A model generated the notes under the pieces. That model saw only the letters and a list, made by a program, of their open reading frames with translations, did not search any database and was not told where the DNA came from. From Neophaeotheca triangularis (Eukaryota): a DNA stretch of 64,000 nt. The position numbers were made by a program, and so were the translations under genes. Location: the NCBI GenBank assembly GCA_054600435.1, contig BAAIJX010000063.1, forward strand, positions 1-64,000, read 5' to 3'. Of this stretch, positions 22,985-35,425 are shown piece by piece (the first letter of the stretch is position 1; each line of letters starts with the position of its first letter).

Positions 22985-23378
22985 TGTTGGACAGGGGGTT
23001 GTGGACGGTCTTGAGGGAGAGGTGGTTGCTTTGTATCGTCGAAGTGTGTTGGTGCTGGGTTGTCGTCGGGATGTGGGAGAAAGTGGGTGCAGGTGGTGTT
23101 GGAGCTGCTGCGCGCTGATGTCACGGCGAATCGGATTGGAAGACCAATACTGTATCAAAACATTACAACGCTCTGGTGCTCGATGGGGAAACGGTCAAAT
23201 GCAATAGAGATTGAGAGACAGAGCTTCAATGGACAGTCGGTTACGAGGGCATCGAACTTCAATGGCGGCGCAAACCCGCCGCGCCATGTTCGTTCGCTTC
23301 AAGACATCCGCTCTCCCTGCTAATAAACCCGCTGAAAAGTTCCCCCCGAGATTCCCCCCATGACGAACAACCTCACGC

Positions 23379-25738
23379 TCAAAACAAACCCAACAAATCA
23401 TCCTTAGTCTTCTTCCCGCCCCCGCCCGCACTCCCATCCATCTGCTCCTGCGGCGGTGGCGGCTGTCCTCCACCCAAGTCCAAACTCGCAAACCCATTCA
23501 TCAAATCCTCACTCCCCTGGGCACCATTAGCCGGATTTGGAGCCGCATCACTACCCCCCGCATCCCCAAACATGCCCATCAAATCATCCATACCGCCACC
23601 AGCTCCACTTCCTGCACCACCACCACCGCCACCGCTGTTTCCTGCAGCACCGGCAGCAGAGCCGGGGCTAGCGACGCGCTGCGGTGTCCCTGCCAGTCCT
23701 TCTAACCCGTTGGAGCCGAGGTTCGGCGCCTTCTGCATCGAAGCCGGTGCGGCGCCGTCGAAATCAATGTCGAGCAAGTTCTCAGCCGTAGTCTGGGCAG
23801 CGCTGGCAGGCGCAGGAGCGCCAGACATGGCAGCGCTGACGGCGGCCGCTGCGATGGGGTTTTCGCGAGCCTGTTCTTTGGCTTCCTCGATAGCGGCCGT
23901 TTGCAATGCCGAGCTGCGGCCCTGGCCTAGGAAGGTGTGGGGCGGTTTGTGGTAGACGGATGCCAGGGTGCTAAGGTTGGGGAGGAGGCTATTGAGGAGG
24001 GGAACGGGGAGGACGGGGATCGTGGAAGTGATTTCGGGGCGGGTGGCGAGGACGACGTTTTTGGCGATTTGCGGGTCGGAGCTTAGGAGGCGCCAGTAGA
24101 CGTAGGCGCGGTCGCGGACGTCGGGGTTGTCGTTTTCGGCGGTCGCGGCTTGGAGGACTTTTTGCACGAGGTTTTGCGATTGGTCAGGCTTTTTGAGGAA
24201 GAGCTTAACTACTGCTGTGAGGATTTGTAGTTGGGTCTGGATGAAGTCTACGCGTTAGCTGCTGTGCTGGGATGAGGTTGTGTGGAGGTGGAATTTACCT
24301 GAATGAACTCTTCGTTAAAGCCGTCGACGAACCCTGCGAGGATGTCTCCGGCGTTTGAGATCTTCTCAGCATACTCGCCGACGATCCAGATCAAGCTTCC
24401 TCTAGCATTGGGCTCATCCAAGTCATCGATACACTGACAGAGCGTCGGAATAATGCCTTCATACCCAGGATACCGTCTAAAAATGTCCTTGATCACGACG
24501 ATTACCTCCTGCACCACATATCCAACCTTCGTGTTGATGAGCTCAAGCAAAACATTGACAGCCTTCTCGGCGCTCTCTTCAATCTTGATAGCGACCTGCC
24601 CGATGGCTTTGACAGCTCGTCGTACAAAATCCATGTCGACTTCCATGGCGTATTCCTTGAGCTCGTTAAGCAGTTGGTCTACGTTCTTGCTGCTGGCAAT
24701 CCGAACCATGATTTCCAATTTGGTGAGCTTAAGGTACGGCGGGTCGTTGTACTTGCAGAAAAAGACGCGCATCTCCTTCTCCAGAATCCCCGGCTGTTTT
24801 TGTAAGAGGAGGTCGATGTTCCGCAGCGCCACATATTGAACTTCGGGTTGTGAGGAGACGAGGGTGACAAGTGGTGGCGACATCTTCTTCAAGTAAGTTT
24901 GATGCAGTTTCTGGTCCTGGATGTATTGCATGTGAAGGAAGACGACTTTGACGGCGGCAAGCACGACTGAGGGGTTGACGTGCTGGAATTGCGGGCTCAC
25001 TCGCTCGCAGATGTGTTCGGACTCCTTGGTATCCTTTGCGTGGTAGTCGGCCAGTGTTGTGAGGATGGTAATGCGACCCCATTCCGTACACTCGTTGAGC
25101 GCCAACAGCATCTTCTTGAGCGTCTGACTCGTCAACACCAGCGCATTGGTCTCGGGAGCAGCCTCGTGAATTTCTGAAAGCGCGGAGACCGAGTTGGCAA
25201 CAACCATGGGATTCGAGTCGCCAATCATCTCCTGCAGAGTCTCCAAAAAGCCATTCTCGATGCACAGCGCCGGCGCCAGATCAAATAGCTTGGCTACGCA
25301 CAATGCCGCTGTCTTCCTCACATACGGCGACTCGTCTTTGAGCGTTTTCCGTAAAGGCTCCTCCATGTAATCCACCATCTTGTCCACTCGTATACACCCC
25401 ATTGTCCTCACCGCCAGCGCTCTAACCAAAGGATTCGGGTCTTCCGAGTCCTGCACAAACGTATTGACAGCCAGAATACACAGATCCGGATGCGATTTGG
25501 CGTAATTCATCAGGTAGAGGTATACGAGCTTCTTCTGATCGAGATCGGGGGTCGCAATGTTCTTCAAAACGTCTGGGAAGAGGGCCGAGACATCTTTACC
25601 CAGCGTCATGCTCATGATGGTCTTTTGTATCGCTTCCTTGCGTTCCCATGCATATTGTGAGACGAGTCCGGCTCGGAGCTCGTATGTCTCGCCCTTTCGC
25701 GGTGCCGCGAGGGCGCTGCGGAGTCTGTTGACCGCCAT
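23379..25738 (-). CDS. APL2: AP-1 adaptor complex beta subunit (beta-adaptin), ~765 aa; exons 25738-24299, 24236-23379
   Basis: [67 protein letters not shown] and [17 protein letters not shown]. Intron 24237-24298. Acidic clathrin-box-like LLDIDFD and DLLGLF motifs in the tail. Confidence 0.93.
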
Positions 25739-26211
25739 CGCTGCTGCTGCCGCCTCTCTCCTCTGGCCTTGACTATGGAGTTGATAGGGCTATGGTCATG
25801 CGCCGTGGGTGCTTGGTGTGTAGTTCGGTGTGCTCAATAAGCAAACTGTCTCCTGGATGGTCCTATGGGGAATGTCGCAGGAGTCGGTCGGGAGTTGTTG
25901 TTTGACGGAAGCTTCGTCAATGTCCGGCTTCGAGGGTAATCGTGACTTCGTGAGTGAAAGTGATAGTATGGAGATTATGAGGTAGAATGCTTGGGCAAGG
26001 GTGATGCGGCGCTGTTGATCGAGCTCGACCGTGTTCGGCATGGCCAAAGTCAGGGTCCAGAGCTTGTCTCCGCCAAGACATATCCATCCACCTCACGTTC
26101 TCCCATCACCACCCATACCTCCTATACATCAACAATGACCTGGCTGTGAATTATTCCAACCAAAGCGCCGAGTTGGTATTTGCCAACAATTCATTCACGA
26201 CCCCAACAACG

Positions 26212-26555
26212 ATGGTAACACAACTCTCGCCCCCTCCCATCCCACATACATCAACCCTAACCCCTCCACCCATAGGCCCCCAATCTCCCCAACCTCCGCC
26301 GGCTCTTCGTCGAAGCCCGCACAGAATCCGAAGAACGCGTCTTTTCCCGCAATGCCGTAAGTACCAAATACCCTTCACAATCCAACAACACGATCTACCC
26401 TAAAGTCCAACCCCAACCCCAACCCCAACCCAATGAAGCCCCCATGACTAACCCCACGCGAACGACTGCAGTTCTACAATCTAGTCCTCTTCATGTCTTC
26501 AGTAGCCGCCTTCAGCCTCGCAGCGCAGAGAATGAACAGCGTCGTCAGCGGCTGA
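26212..26555 (+). CDS. MCO6: 55-aa mitochondrial outer-membrane microprotein, Mco6-like; exons 26212-26214 (ATG only), 26276-26356, 26472-26555
   Basis: ATG|GTAACA...CCTAAC...CATAG| then |GTAAGT...CTAAC...CTGCAG|. Spliced product is MAPNLPNLRRLFVEARTESEERVFSRNAFYNLVLFMSSVAAFSLAAQRMNSVVSG*. The SR.AF...S...SLAAQ pattern resembles yeast Mco6 as I recall it. Confidence 0.75.
26407..26433. repeat. (CCCCAA)n microsatellite in intron 2 of the MCO6-like gene
   Basis: ccaaccccaaccccaaccccaacccaa. Confidence 0.8.
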
Positions 26556-27337
26556 ACGACCCTTCCTGGAAGCACGAACCTTGCCAGACAACCTTCGCGG
26601 GCTAACCTAGCGAACAAGACACCGACAGCAACCCGCACCCCAACTGCGATCCTTCTCAGTCAAACTCCCAAGCGCAGTTTCCCCATGGATAAACTGCCGA
26701 AACCTCTCCAAGCATGCTGCTTTGGAAGGGCCTCGCCCCCTTCTTGGTCCTCGAGTTCAGCCATCGTCCCACCAGCCGCGGTGGAAGCTGCTGTGGTTTC
26801 CCTTTTTACTGGTTTAGATGTAACGGCAGTTCAACTCGGCTTGTTCTTCTTTGGTGGAGTGGTGGGTTTTGTTTTGCTGACCCTAGCCGCTGACCGCAGC
26901 TGCGGGGCGAGCTGGGAGGAACTGGCGGGCGCCGGCGAGGAGGCCACGAGTGGGGGGTGCTTGGAGGGACCTGGTGCCCCCACACGCTTCAGCCGGGGTG
27001 GAGTGGGTTGTTATGTTGATGGGGAGGTTGTCGATGCGGAGCGAGAAGGCAGTACGTCATTCAACCGTGAACAAAAGTTGGAAAGCAGATAGCATCCAAT
27101 GTCGAAAAACTACAACTACAAACACAGGCCCAGCCTGGCGTTGATGCAAGACTGCTTTCGAAGATGGATCCTCAACGTAGCAGAGCTGCTGCCATTCCTC
27201 CTTCCTCAACACCGATTCTGAATCACCCGCAACAAGACATAGCGACCAACACGGTCCGAAAGTCCACGCAACAGCCATCACCGCAAGACCCAAAGTCCCG
27301 CAGCCCTGACGCTACACGTGTACACAGACGCATGCAA

Positions 27338-30175
27338 TCACCACTTGAACATCCTCAACCCACCGCTGCCCCCATGGCCCCTCGAACCCCTCATACGAGC
27401 CAGCCCCGCCTCACACGTGTTGTTCGACCAACCCATGTCAAGATCATCCATGAAAAACATTCTCTCCTCGTTTTCGACAAAAGCCCGGATTTGCAAGCCA
27501 CTGAGATTGTCCCAGCCGGAGGGGAACTCGACGGACTGGAGTTGGCAGTTCGCCATGGTTTCGCAAGGAGCGAGAGTTACGTTGGTCGTGCCGACGGTTT
27601 GTTCGGCTTGGCTGGCGCCGTCCCAGCCGTAAGCCGTCATGACGAGAGTGCAGTCGTCCGGGCCCGCGTTATCGCAACCGAGCCAGGCGCGGTAGGCGTT
27701 GAACCAGAATGCTGGGTCGTCGTCGCTGCGGGCGCCACCGATTTCGCCATGGCGGATGCTGCCGCCTGCGCCGGTTGAGGGGTCGGCGGTTTCATTAGCT
27801 AGGAAGACGAGGAGGTGGGGTTCGGAGCGTGGGACGAAGGGCTCTTCGGGCGCGGGGGAGTAGACGTAGCCGTTGCTGAAGGCGAGGTGGTGATAGGGTT
27901 GGCGGACCGGGGGTGCTTGAGTTATGTTGGTGTCAGGGTCAGTAGGGGTGAAGGTGCCTAGGTCATCCCAGTCGAGAGTGAAGTCGCCATTGTCAGTGCC
28001 ACAAATGGTTGGCGTTGCGGTGGCAGGTGAGGCGGTGGCGCTCGTAGTGCTGGTAGTGGGACTAGCGCTAGTGGACGAGGGCTCCAGAAGCGAAGAGGTA
28101 GTCTCTGCAGATGGGCTAGACGCAGCATTTGAAACCGTGCTCGGAACCGCAGAGCTGTCAGACGTCAGGCCTCCGACACCACCCAGGAAACTGGATTTCT
28201 GTTCCGCCACTGCGCTGGTGTCCGACAAGGGAGGTGGCAAAGAGCTCGAAGAGCTACTGGTGGCTTCGACGCTAGCAGTTTCGGCTGGGAAATCCGTCGT
28301 GGCGGCAGACTCGCTGGACGAGAGTGTTGGAGCTGCAGAAGTAAAGCCTGTCACAGTCGATTCACTAAGGTTGATCGAGTTGGACAGTACAGTGACGGTG
28401 TTCGTGCTCGCAAAGATCGGGAGTATTGTCACGCTGCCAGTGATAGACGTTTCAGTGATAAGATTTGTCGCGACACCTGATGCCGGGGTAGAATCTGACG
28501 ATGGAGAAAACACATCGCTTGACGAACTGTCGGCGACAGGAGGCAAAGGCGAGGGCATCACCGAAAGGCTAGAAACCGCTGAAGATGGCACAGCCGAAGC
28601 GATCTCAGTGGTCGCCGGAGCGATTTCGCTTGCGCTGATGGAAGAAATAATACCATCAGAGCTGGAGAGTATGGTCGAAGAGACAGATGGAGATTGAGGA
28701 GCAACCAGTGAGCTGTTAGCCGGAGGCAAGCTTAAAGTGCTGTTAGCAGCAGGTGGCGGTGGAAGAGATGTGCTGGACACAGCAGTTCCAACAGGATCGA
28801 CGACCGAGGCGGCAGGCTCAGAAGAAGCATCCTCAGTGGCAAATGTTGAGATGGTAGCCGTGATGAGGTTCGTCTGAGTGATACGACTGGTGAGAGTGGT
28901 CGTGAGTAGCCCGGTGCTTGTCGAAGTAGTCAGGTCACCTGTGCCGAAGTAGAAAGTACCCGTGACGGTAGCCGGGACTTCGCTCGTGGCCGGCCCAACA
29001 TCACCAGTTGCTTGGACGGGAGCGAAGGAGACGCTAGTCACGTTCCAGCCAGAGTTTCCAATGCCACTGAATGATTGACGAGGGTCGGTGCTGACCTGCG
29101 AAACCTGAATAGTCTCGGTCATGGTCATGTACAAAGTCGAGGTTGAGATTGCGCTCTCCATGCTGTAAATGGTCGAAGTTGACACGGGAGGCGTGATCGT
29201 GATTGTGGTAGTACCGAACCTGGTAGACGTCGTTTGCACGGTTGTGGTCGAATCAATCTGCGGAGTGGTGGGACCGACGGGGTTGACAAAGAGAGTGGTC
29301 GTGCCATAGGTGAGAGACTCCGTGACGGGTGGAGATATGCCGTTGATCCAGCTGGTGGTTCCCGCGACCTCTTGCCAAAAGTACGTTGCACCGCCGGAAG
29401 AAGACAGGACAGACACAGGCTGGGCGTTGGGAGTGACAAAGACCGTGTTGGTGTCTGTCTCGACAACGGTAGTGGTGCGTGTAGTAGTCGCGGAAAAGGA
29501 GCCGTCGTTGGCACCAGAGACAAGCTCAGGACTAGCGAGGGAGGCCGAGAGTGCGGTGACGGTTGTAGTGTAGGGGACGTAGACGGTAGTATGAGTGCAA
29601 GTTGCCTCAGCCCTGGTGTTTGTAAGTAAGCTTTGAACCAACGCCCATAGCGATCCGAAAACGAGAAGAAAAAAGAGAGTAAACGTGGTGATTCCACTGA
29701 CGATCCGCGAGATCCGGGTTGAAAATGTGATTTGGAGGGCCAGTATAGGGCTGACATCTGGCAAGGGATCTAGCATCGTTCGCAGGCAATCTTCCACAGC
29801 CTGTGCCTCGTCCAGTAATGCTTGTGTAGTTGACCCTCGCCGGGAGGACATCTTTTTCATAATTGCGCTGCATTGTTTGCCAAAGACATCCCGGAAGCTC
29901 GTGTCGTCGTAGCCTCGTGGCAGCGCGACTGCAGAGCCAGCACTCGCGTGTCGGTCCAGGTGATCGGGCTTGTATCCTGACTCTTCTTGCACCGAGTCGT
30001 GTCTGGCCAGCCTCTCGTCCTTGCTCAAAGGCCTTCCGGGCTCGACGGCGGATCCAACACTCTGTTGATGACGATCCCGATTCGGTCGTCTTGGCGCTGA
30101 TGCAGTCTGTTGATGATTGAAAGACTTGAGCAACTTTTGGGCAAGGCCGCGCTGATTCTTCTCTTGGTTGGGCAT
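27338..30175 (-). CDS. Mucin-like Ser/Thr-rich surface protein with an internal hydrophobic anchor and a C-terminal Cys-containing globular domain (DUF7371-like); start uncertain
   Basis: 945-aa ORF. Hydrophobic ITTFTLFFLLVFGSLWALVQSLL, then ~550 aa S/T-rich, then C.TDNGDFTLDWDDL...PYHHLAFSNGYVY...FWFNAYRAWLGCDN..C...FFMDDLDMGWSNNTCEAGLAR. Confidence 0.75.
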   Translation of the reverse strand: MPNQEKNQRGLAQKLLKSFNHQQTASAPRRPNRDRHQQSVGSAVEPGRPLSKDERLARHDSVQEESGYKPDHLDRHASAGSAVALPRGYDDTSFRDVFGKQCSAIMKKMSSRRGSTTQALLDEAQAVEDCLRTMLDPLPDVSPILALQITFSTRISRIVSGITTFTLFFLLVFGSLWALVQSLLTNTRAEATCTHTTVYVPYTTTVTALSASLASPELVSGANDGSFSATTTRTTTVVETDTNTVFVTPNAQPVSVLSSSGGATYFWQEVAGTTSWINGISPPVTESLTYGTTTLFVNPVGPTTPQIDSTTTVQTTSTRFGTTTITITPPVSTSTIYSMESAISTSTLYMTMTETIQVSQVSTDPRQSFSGIGNSGWNVTSVSFAPVQATGDVGPATSEVPATVTGTFYFGTGDLTTSTSTGLLTTTLTSRITQTNLITATISTFATEDASSEPAASVVDPVGTAVSSTSLPPPPAANSTLSLPPANSSLVAPQSPSVSSTILSSSDGIISSISASEIAPATTEIASAVPSSAVSSLSVMPSPLPPVADSSSSDVFSPSSDSTPASGVATNLITETSITGSVTILPIFASTNTVTVLSNSINLSESTVTGFTSAAPTLSSSESAATTDFPAETASVEATSSSSSSLPPPLSDTSAVAEQKSSFLGGVGGLTSDSSAVPSTVSNAASSPSAETTSSLLEPSSTSASPTTSTTSATASPATATPTICGTDNGDFTLDWDDLGTFTPTDPDTNITQAPPVRQPYHHLAFSNGYVYSPAPEEPFVPRSEPHLLVFLANETADPSTGAGGSIRHGEIGGARSDDDPAFWFNAYRAWLGCDNAGPDDCTLVMTAYGWDGASQAEQTVGTTNVTLAPCETMANCQLQSVEFPSGWDNLSGLQIRAFVENEERMFFMDDLDMGWSNNTCEAGLARMRGSRGHGGSGGLRMFKW

Positions 30176-32225
30176 GCTGTGTAGAGAAAGCGTGCAAGTG
30201 GAATGCTTGTTGTAGGACCAGGTCGCGAGTGAGGGTATGCTGCTGCTGCAATGGCTGTACGGCGGATGGTCTGTTGGAGTATGGCGGATGGTGAAGAGAT
30301 GGTTCGGGACCCGGCATCGCCAGTGGCTCGCCGTTCGTTTACTCTCAGGTGCAGGAGGGAGTGTGAAAGTGGGAAACTTACCAGGCAGGAAGCAGAAGCA
30401 GCGCTGCAGCTGCGATGGCCCGCTTCATCTTGTGTTTTAGTAACGACAGTGGGTGTAGGTGTGGTTGGGTTGGGTTGGTGGTAGTGGTAGGATGCAGTGA
30501 GTGATGAACGAATGAATGACTGAGGGTGAGGTGAGGTGATGGAAAAGGTGGTGAAGGTGATCAAGTCGGAAGGAGTCGAACAAACGGAGGATAAGGTACC
30601 TTTTTAGAATTTGAGGGGTGGTGGGTGCAGGTGGGTGTGGTGAGGTCGAAGTGGCGCGCGTAAGCCAAGCTCCAGGAAAGGTAGGCACGCCCCCTAGGAG
30701 ACCTACGCCGAAACGCCACTCTCAAATGACTTTCTCGTATATTGCCAGCTTTCGTGAACACAATGTGGTGCAAACGAGATGGAATCACGAAACTCTGTGC
30801 ATCTTAGGCTGTTTGCAAACCTACCAGACGTACAAACGCAAGATATACTACCCGTACCCGAGGGAGAAGCACGCAACCGTGCCTGAACTGCAGTCTCCCG
30901 GCCTACTTCCGGCATACCGCGTACCTACCTACTGGCGACGTTAGAGTTGCGCTTCGTGCTCCTCATCTTCCTATGCTCGAAGAACAAGGTATGAGAAACA
31001 CGACGCCCTTTTCAATTTTTCACTACGAGAACCGGCCGCTTCCCTATTCCCTGGACTATACCGCAACCTTCTCTGGTGAGGAGAAAGCTTGGTCTCACAA
31101 AGCGCAACGGGTCGTGAAGTACACGGCAACAGAATTACATGTCGCCGAGATGAAGTGCAAGTATGAAGTCCCCCGAAGGTCGTGCCGTTGCACGCGGCCC
31201 GTCGGCGTGCGACAGGATCCAGGGGTTTGTGCGAGCTCCAGACGGGGTCACGTGGGTTTGTGGGACCAGGGCATGTGGGATCGCTTGGATGAGTGGCCAG
31301 GGACAGGACAGGATTCGCGATGGCAGGCTGACTTCTTTCACTTATTGAACGCAATCGTCTCCGGCTGATGCGGGCTAGCTAGAGCTCCAGGACTTGATGT
31401 TTGCCGTTTCCCGTCGTCATAGAGTGTGGCGGCCTCCCCCAACCTGAGACATTAGCCCTCGTGATGGCCTTCACGGGGCACTGGACGAAGCTCTTGCGGC
31501 GGCATTGTTCCAAGCTGAATAGCAAGTGGGTAGGCAGCGGATGATAACTTGACCACAGGTGTACTCATTCTTGACTGCCGCCTTTCATCTTAAAAATTAC
31601 ATTGGGGCTGCTGTAGCGTATGACCTCGTCCCAGCAGTACCTTAGCAGCACCGGGAATGCTCAGGCTGCGAAAGGTGGGGGTACATCTTACATACCGTCT
31701 CACGTTACGTCGTCCGAGTCTTCGTGCCAAGGAGCAGTTCCTCGGTTTAGCAGTACCGGTGACATGAGGTGGCAAAGCAACGACGACGGAAGAACGACAA
31801 CACCTCACATCGGGCACGACAAGACGAAAGTTGGAAGGTGGAGGAAACCGTGAGGAAACCCACTCCTTATCTCGCTATCGGTCGCGGTTGCCGCTTTCGA
31901 GCCGCTATCGCCGGTCCCGCGGCTGACTAACCGAGTTCAAACCTCACCTGGGCACTCAAGGCGCCCACCTTATTGGTCCGCCTACAGCTCTTTACCTCGA
32001 CCACAGACATACTTGATATTATCGCTGGCTTCGCGTCGACAGTCGACAGTCGACAGCAACAAACTCGGCGCAAACGGCGCATCCCTTGGGACCTCCTGCG
32101 ATCCTTCTTCAAAGAGAACCTGCATCTCAGAGCAAACACAACCTCGCTACTCTTCCTCTCTCGCTTCCGAGCGGGCCCCACTAGCCACCCCACATTGGAA
32201 CCGGATGCATGTGAAGCACACGAGA

Positions 32226-34226
32226 ATGAACGGCAATCCTCCCACCTACGACATGGCGGAAGATAGCGGTAGCAAGAGCAGCGGACATAGGCAGAGACAC
32301 TCTACAAACCGCATGTCAAACGGAGGCGGCAGGATGCAGGCGGAGAGAAACGGAGCTATGCCAATGCCCGTTTCGGCTGCACCTCAAAGACATATGGCGC
32401 CTGGGGAGATGGGCCCCATTGCAGGCCCGAGAAGCCCGCCAAAGAACAAGAGTAAGTGTTGCTGCCTTCACCGAGTTGCGTGTGGCTTCGAAGGACCGAT
32501 GTTGACCAAGCCATAATCAGACACGTCCCACGTTCCGTGCAAGTTCTTCTTTCAAGGCGCGTGCCAGGCCGGCCGCATGTGCCCCTTCTCGCACGACGCC
32601 GAATCTTCTGCTCGCCCCGCACCATGCAAGTACTTTGCCAAAGGCCACTGCAAGTTTGGTCGCAAGTGCGCGCTTCTCCACGTTGCACCAAATGGGCACG
32701 TGGTGAATCGAGGTCCACCGGCCTTCGCAAACGCTCAACCTTACGCAAATGGTCCGTCTAATCAGCCCGGAGCGTTCGCGCAACCGCCCCCAGGGCTCCT
32801 GTCGATGCAAGTACGAGACCCATCCATGGTAGACCGGAGACAAGCAGACGGCCCGCTGGACGACTTTACGAACTATCAGTACGCACCCCGCAACGGTTTC
32901 GATGGGCCACAGAATGAAGCCAACTACGCGACAGCATCTTCCGCCTACGGCTCGCCTCACCAGTCAGATCGCTTCGCGACTTCGCCTCCGAGGACTAGGG
33001 GCCTTTCCGTTCTCGAAGCACCACTCCCTAGTTCTTTCGACAGTCAGGGCATATCAATGGCTGCTAGAGACGGTCCGTTCGCCGCTTCAATGCCCTCACA
33101 TTTCGGTCCAGTTGATTCTCCACCTTCATCACTACCCCGAAATGCGCAACTTGGTAGTACGATGCTCAGCAGCCTTCAAAAGTCTGCCTTTGGAAACAGA
33201 TCCAACCTGGATGGCGTCCTCGCTGGTTTGGGCTCTTCGCCACCTAGTGGTGCAGATGAGCCTCTCACTTTTCCCAAACGATCGCTCCACTCGGAACGTC
33301 TTCGACCACAAAGACACCAAATGGTCTCAGCAAGCCTAGGTGCAATGCCACCTCCAGAAAGCTTCGACGACTACTCCGACGACGAAGAACGCGACGCCGA
33401 TAGAGAAGAAGACCTTCTTCCTTCCAGTTTGCACGAACTTCTCCCAGAGAGCAAATCCCGGCGCTCCTCCCGCAATCGCCGCGACAACGATGATACACCG
33501 GCTGCCTTCCTCGCCGCCCAACGGCGCACCATCTCCGGCCACAACACACCCCAAGACGGCTACAAAATGGCCTCGAGCCCCTCCCGCTATACCTCCGTCT
33601 GGTCGCGCAACGCCGCTTCCAAGACCTCCGACAGCACCCTGGGCGACGGCGGCATGACTTCTCCGAGTTTTAGCCACGTCGGCTCCCCTCTACGTAACTC
33701 CAGCGATTTCCCATTCACCACCACCTCTACAGCCTCCTCTACAACTCAGCGCCCGAGCCTCTCCAACTCCGTCCCCTCCGCGCCTGATAATCCCCTTACG
33801 AGCCCCACAGTCGCCTCCCCGCCCCGCCAAGCCAGCATGTCCATGCTCACACAAGAGCTGCAGCGCACCAAACTCGATGCCGCGCGCTCCGCCCAACACC
33901 CTGTAGCCTCAAGTCCCCAAAACACCTCCAGCAATTCCTCCATCAACCATCCCAACGCGTCCTCCCGCTCTGATACCGCCCGCAAATCCACCGATCGTGG
34001 CATCGCCACTGGTCGCGAGCGCATTGCGGAAGAGGACCAGGAGCTTTTTAGTATGGATGAAGTCAGCGGCGGCGGTGGTGGGGGAGAAGGCTCGCTGCCT
34101 AGGAGCATTCCGTCTGGAAATGGATTTGGGAATGGTGGGTCAGCGGCTTGGGGCAATGGGAGCTCCGTGGGGATTCCGAAGGGTGAGAGCCCGCTTGGTG
34201 CTATTGGTGGTCAGAGAGGGAAGTAG
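32226..34226 (+). CDS. Tandem CCCH zinc-finger protein (Cps3/Scp3/Lee1-like), ~643 aa; exons 32226-32451, 32521-34226
   Basis: Intron 32452-32520 (GTAAGT...TTGAC...CAG) gives KNTSHVPCKFFFQGACQAGRMCPFSH and PCKYFAKGHCKFGRKCALLH; EEDLLPSSLHELL motif. Confidence 0.88.
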
Positions 34227-35425
34227 GGGGAATGAAAGAAATGCGACAGTAACAAACGAACGAGACGGGTTTCAATAACTCATTAGCGGCAGCCTGATTG
34301 GGACTGTGAAATGGGCAAGGCACCATTAGCTGCTCTTCTAGTGGCTGGCAGCAGAGCGTAATGCTTGTCGTGGCATTTGATCGATGAGAGGCATTGGGCT
34401 GCGCATAGCATAGAGACGAGCTACGATTACGAAACAACCAATTACTACTCTTCTTGTTAAAACCGCAGCCTTCTATGAAAATTGTCTCATTCCTTTTCAT
34501 AAGAAGCTAACACTGCACCCTCCTCTCAAGCGAGCACGATGTCCCTACTCTAACTGAAGTAACCCGTCCCTCGCTCCCTAAGTACCAATCACTGCCTACA
34601 GTCGATTGCTCAGCGCTAGCCTAATGCCAACTGCCGCCTTTTACATCAGCAACTGTGTCATCAGCTCTCATCGGGTTTTATGCGAGGCTAGTTTTCTACG
34701 CGAGGCTTGTTCTGCCCTTACTCCCCACTCACAGAGCCCTCACGTCTGTGGTCCCTGTAGACTGGCTACCGCTTCCCTACCCTCAGTACCTATTCGTGCA
34801 TTCACTCTACAACACCCATGTGCTCTGGAACAGTCTTTACTACGATCGCTCAGCTCCGTGTAGAGCGGTTGCGCGAGTACTCGATTCTCTGGCGACTAAC
34901 TTTGAGTCGAAAACTGTAACATGAAAAGCGTAGACACGCCGCCTGGAAAGCGCGGTCTCGTGAATGTGCCGCGGTGTGTTGCTTAGATTGTAGCAGGGGG
35001 GAATTGCCGACTAAGAGGAACCACGAATGGGTCATCATTCACACGTGGGTACATGAGGACTTATCAAGAGAGAGAGATTGAATTTTAAGCTTCATCTCTC
35101 CATCAGCCACATCGGTTGGCTCATCATCAAAAGATGCCGTGTCGTTCCTTCCGCATCAATTCTTTTACCAATATTTTTGGATAAGGCCAGGTCGCGAATC
35201 CCAATCGAGCGTCCTAAGAAAAAGAAAAACAAAAACAAAACCAGAGCACCAAAACACCCCTCATCCCGAACCAGACCTGTGGGTATCTCAAAAGCACCAA
35301 CCAATACACCAACCAATACACTAAGCCAAACTGATGTCTACCGGGACAAAACACCTCGTTCAAGGGACCAAAAGCCTCCCTGATGAGCGGAAAAGAACCA
35401 GTTACCACTCCCAGCCAAGGCCCTC

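Noticed and set aside
22985..23378. TPP riboswitch upstream of the THI5-like gene
   Set aside because: I could not find the CTGAGA and GATAATxCCAGCG-type core elements by eye; an Infernal search with the TPP model would settle it.
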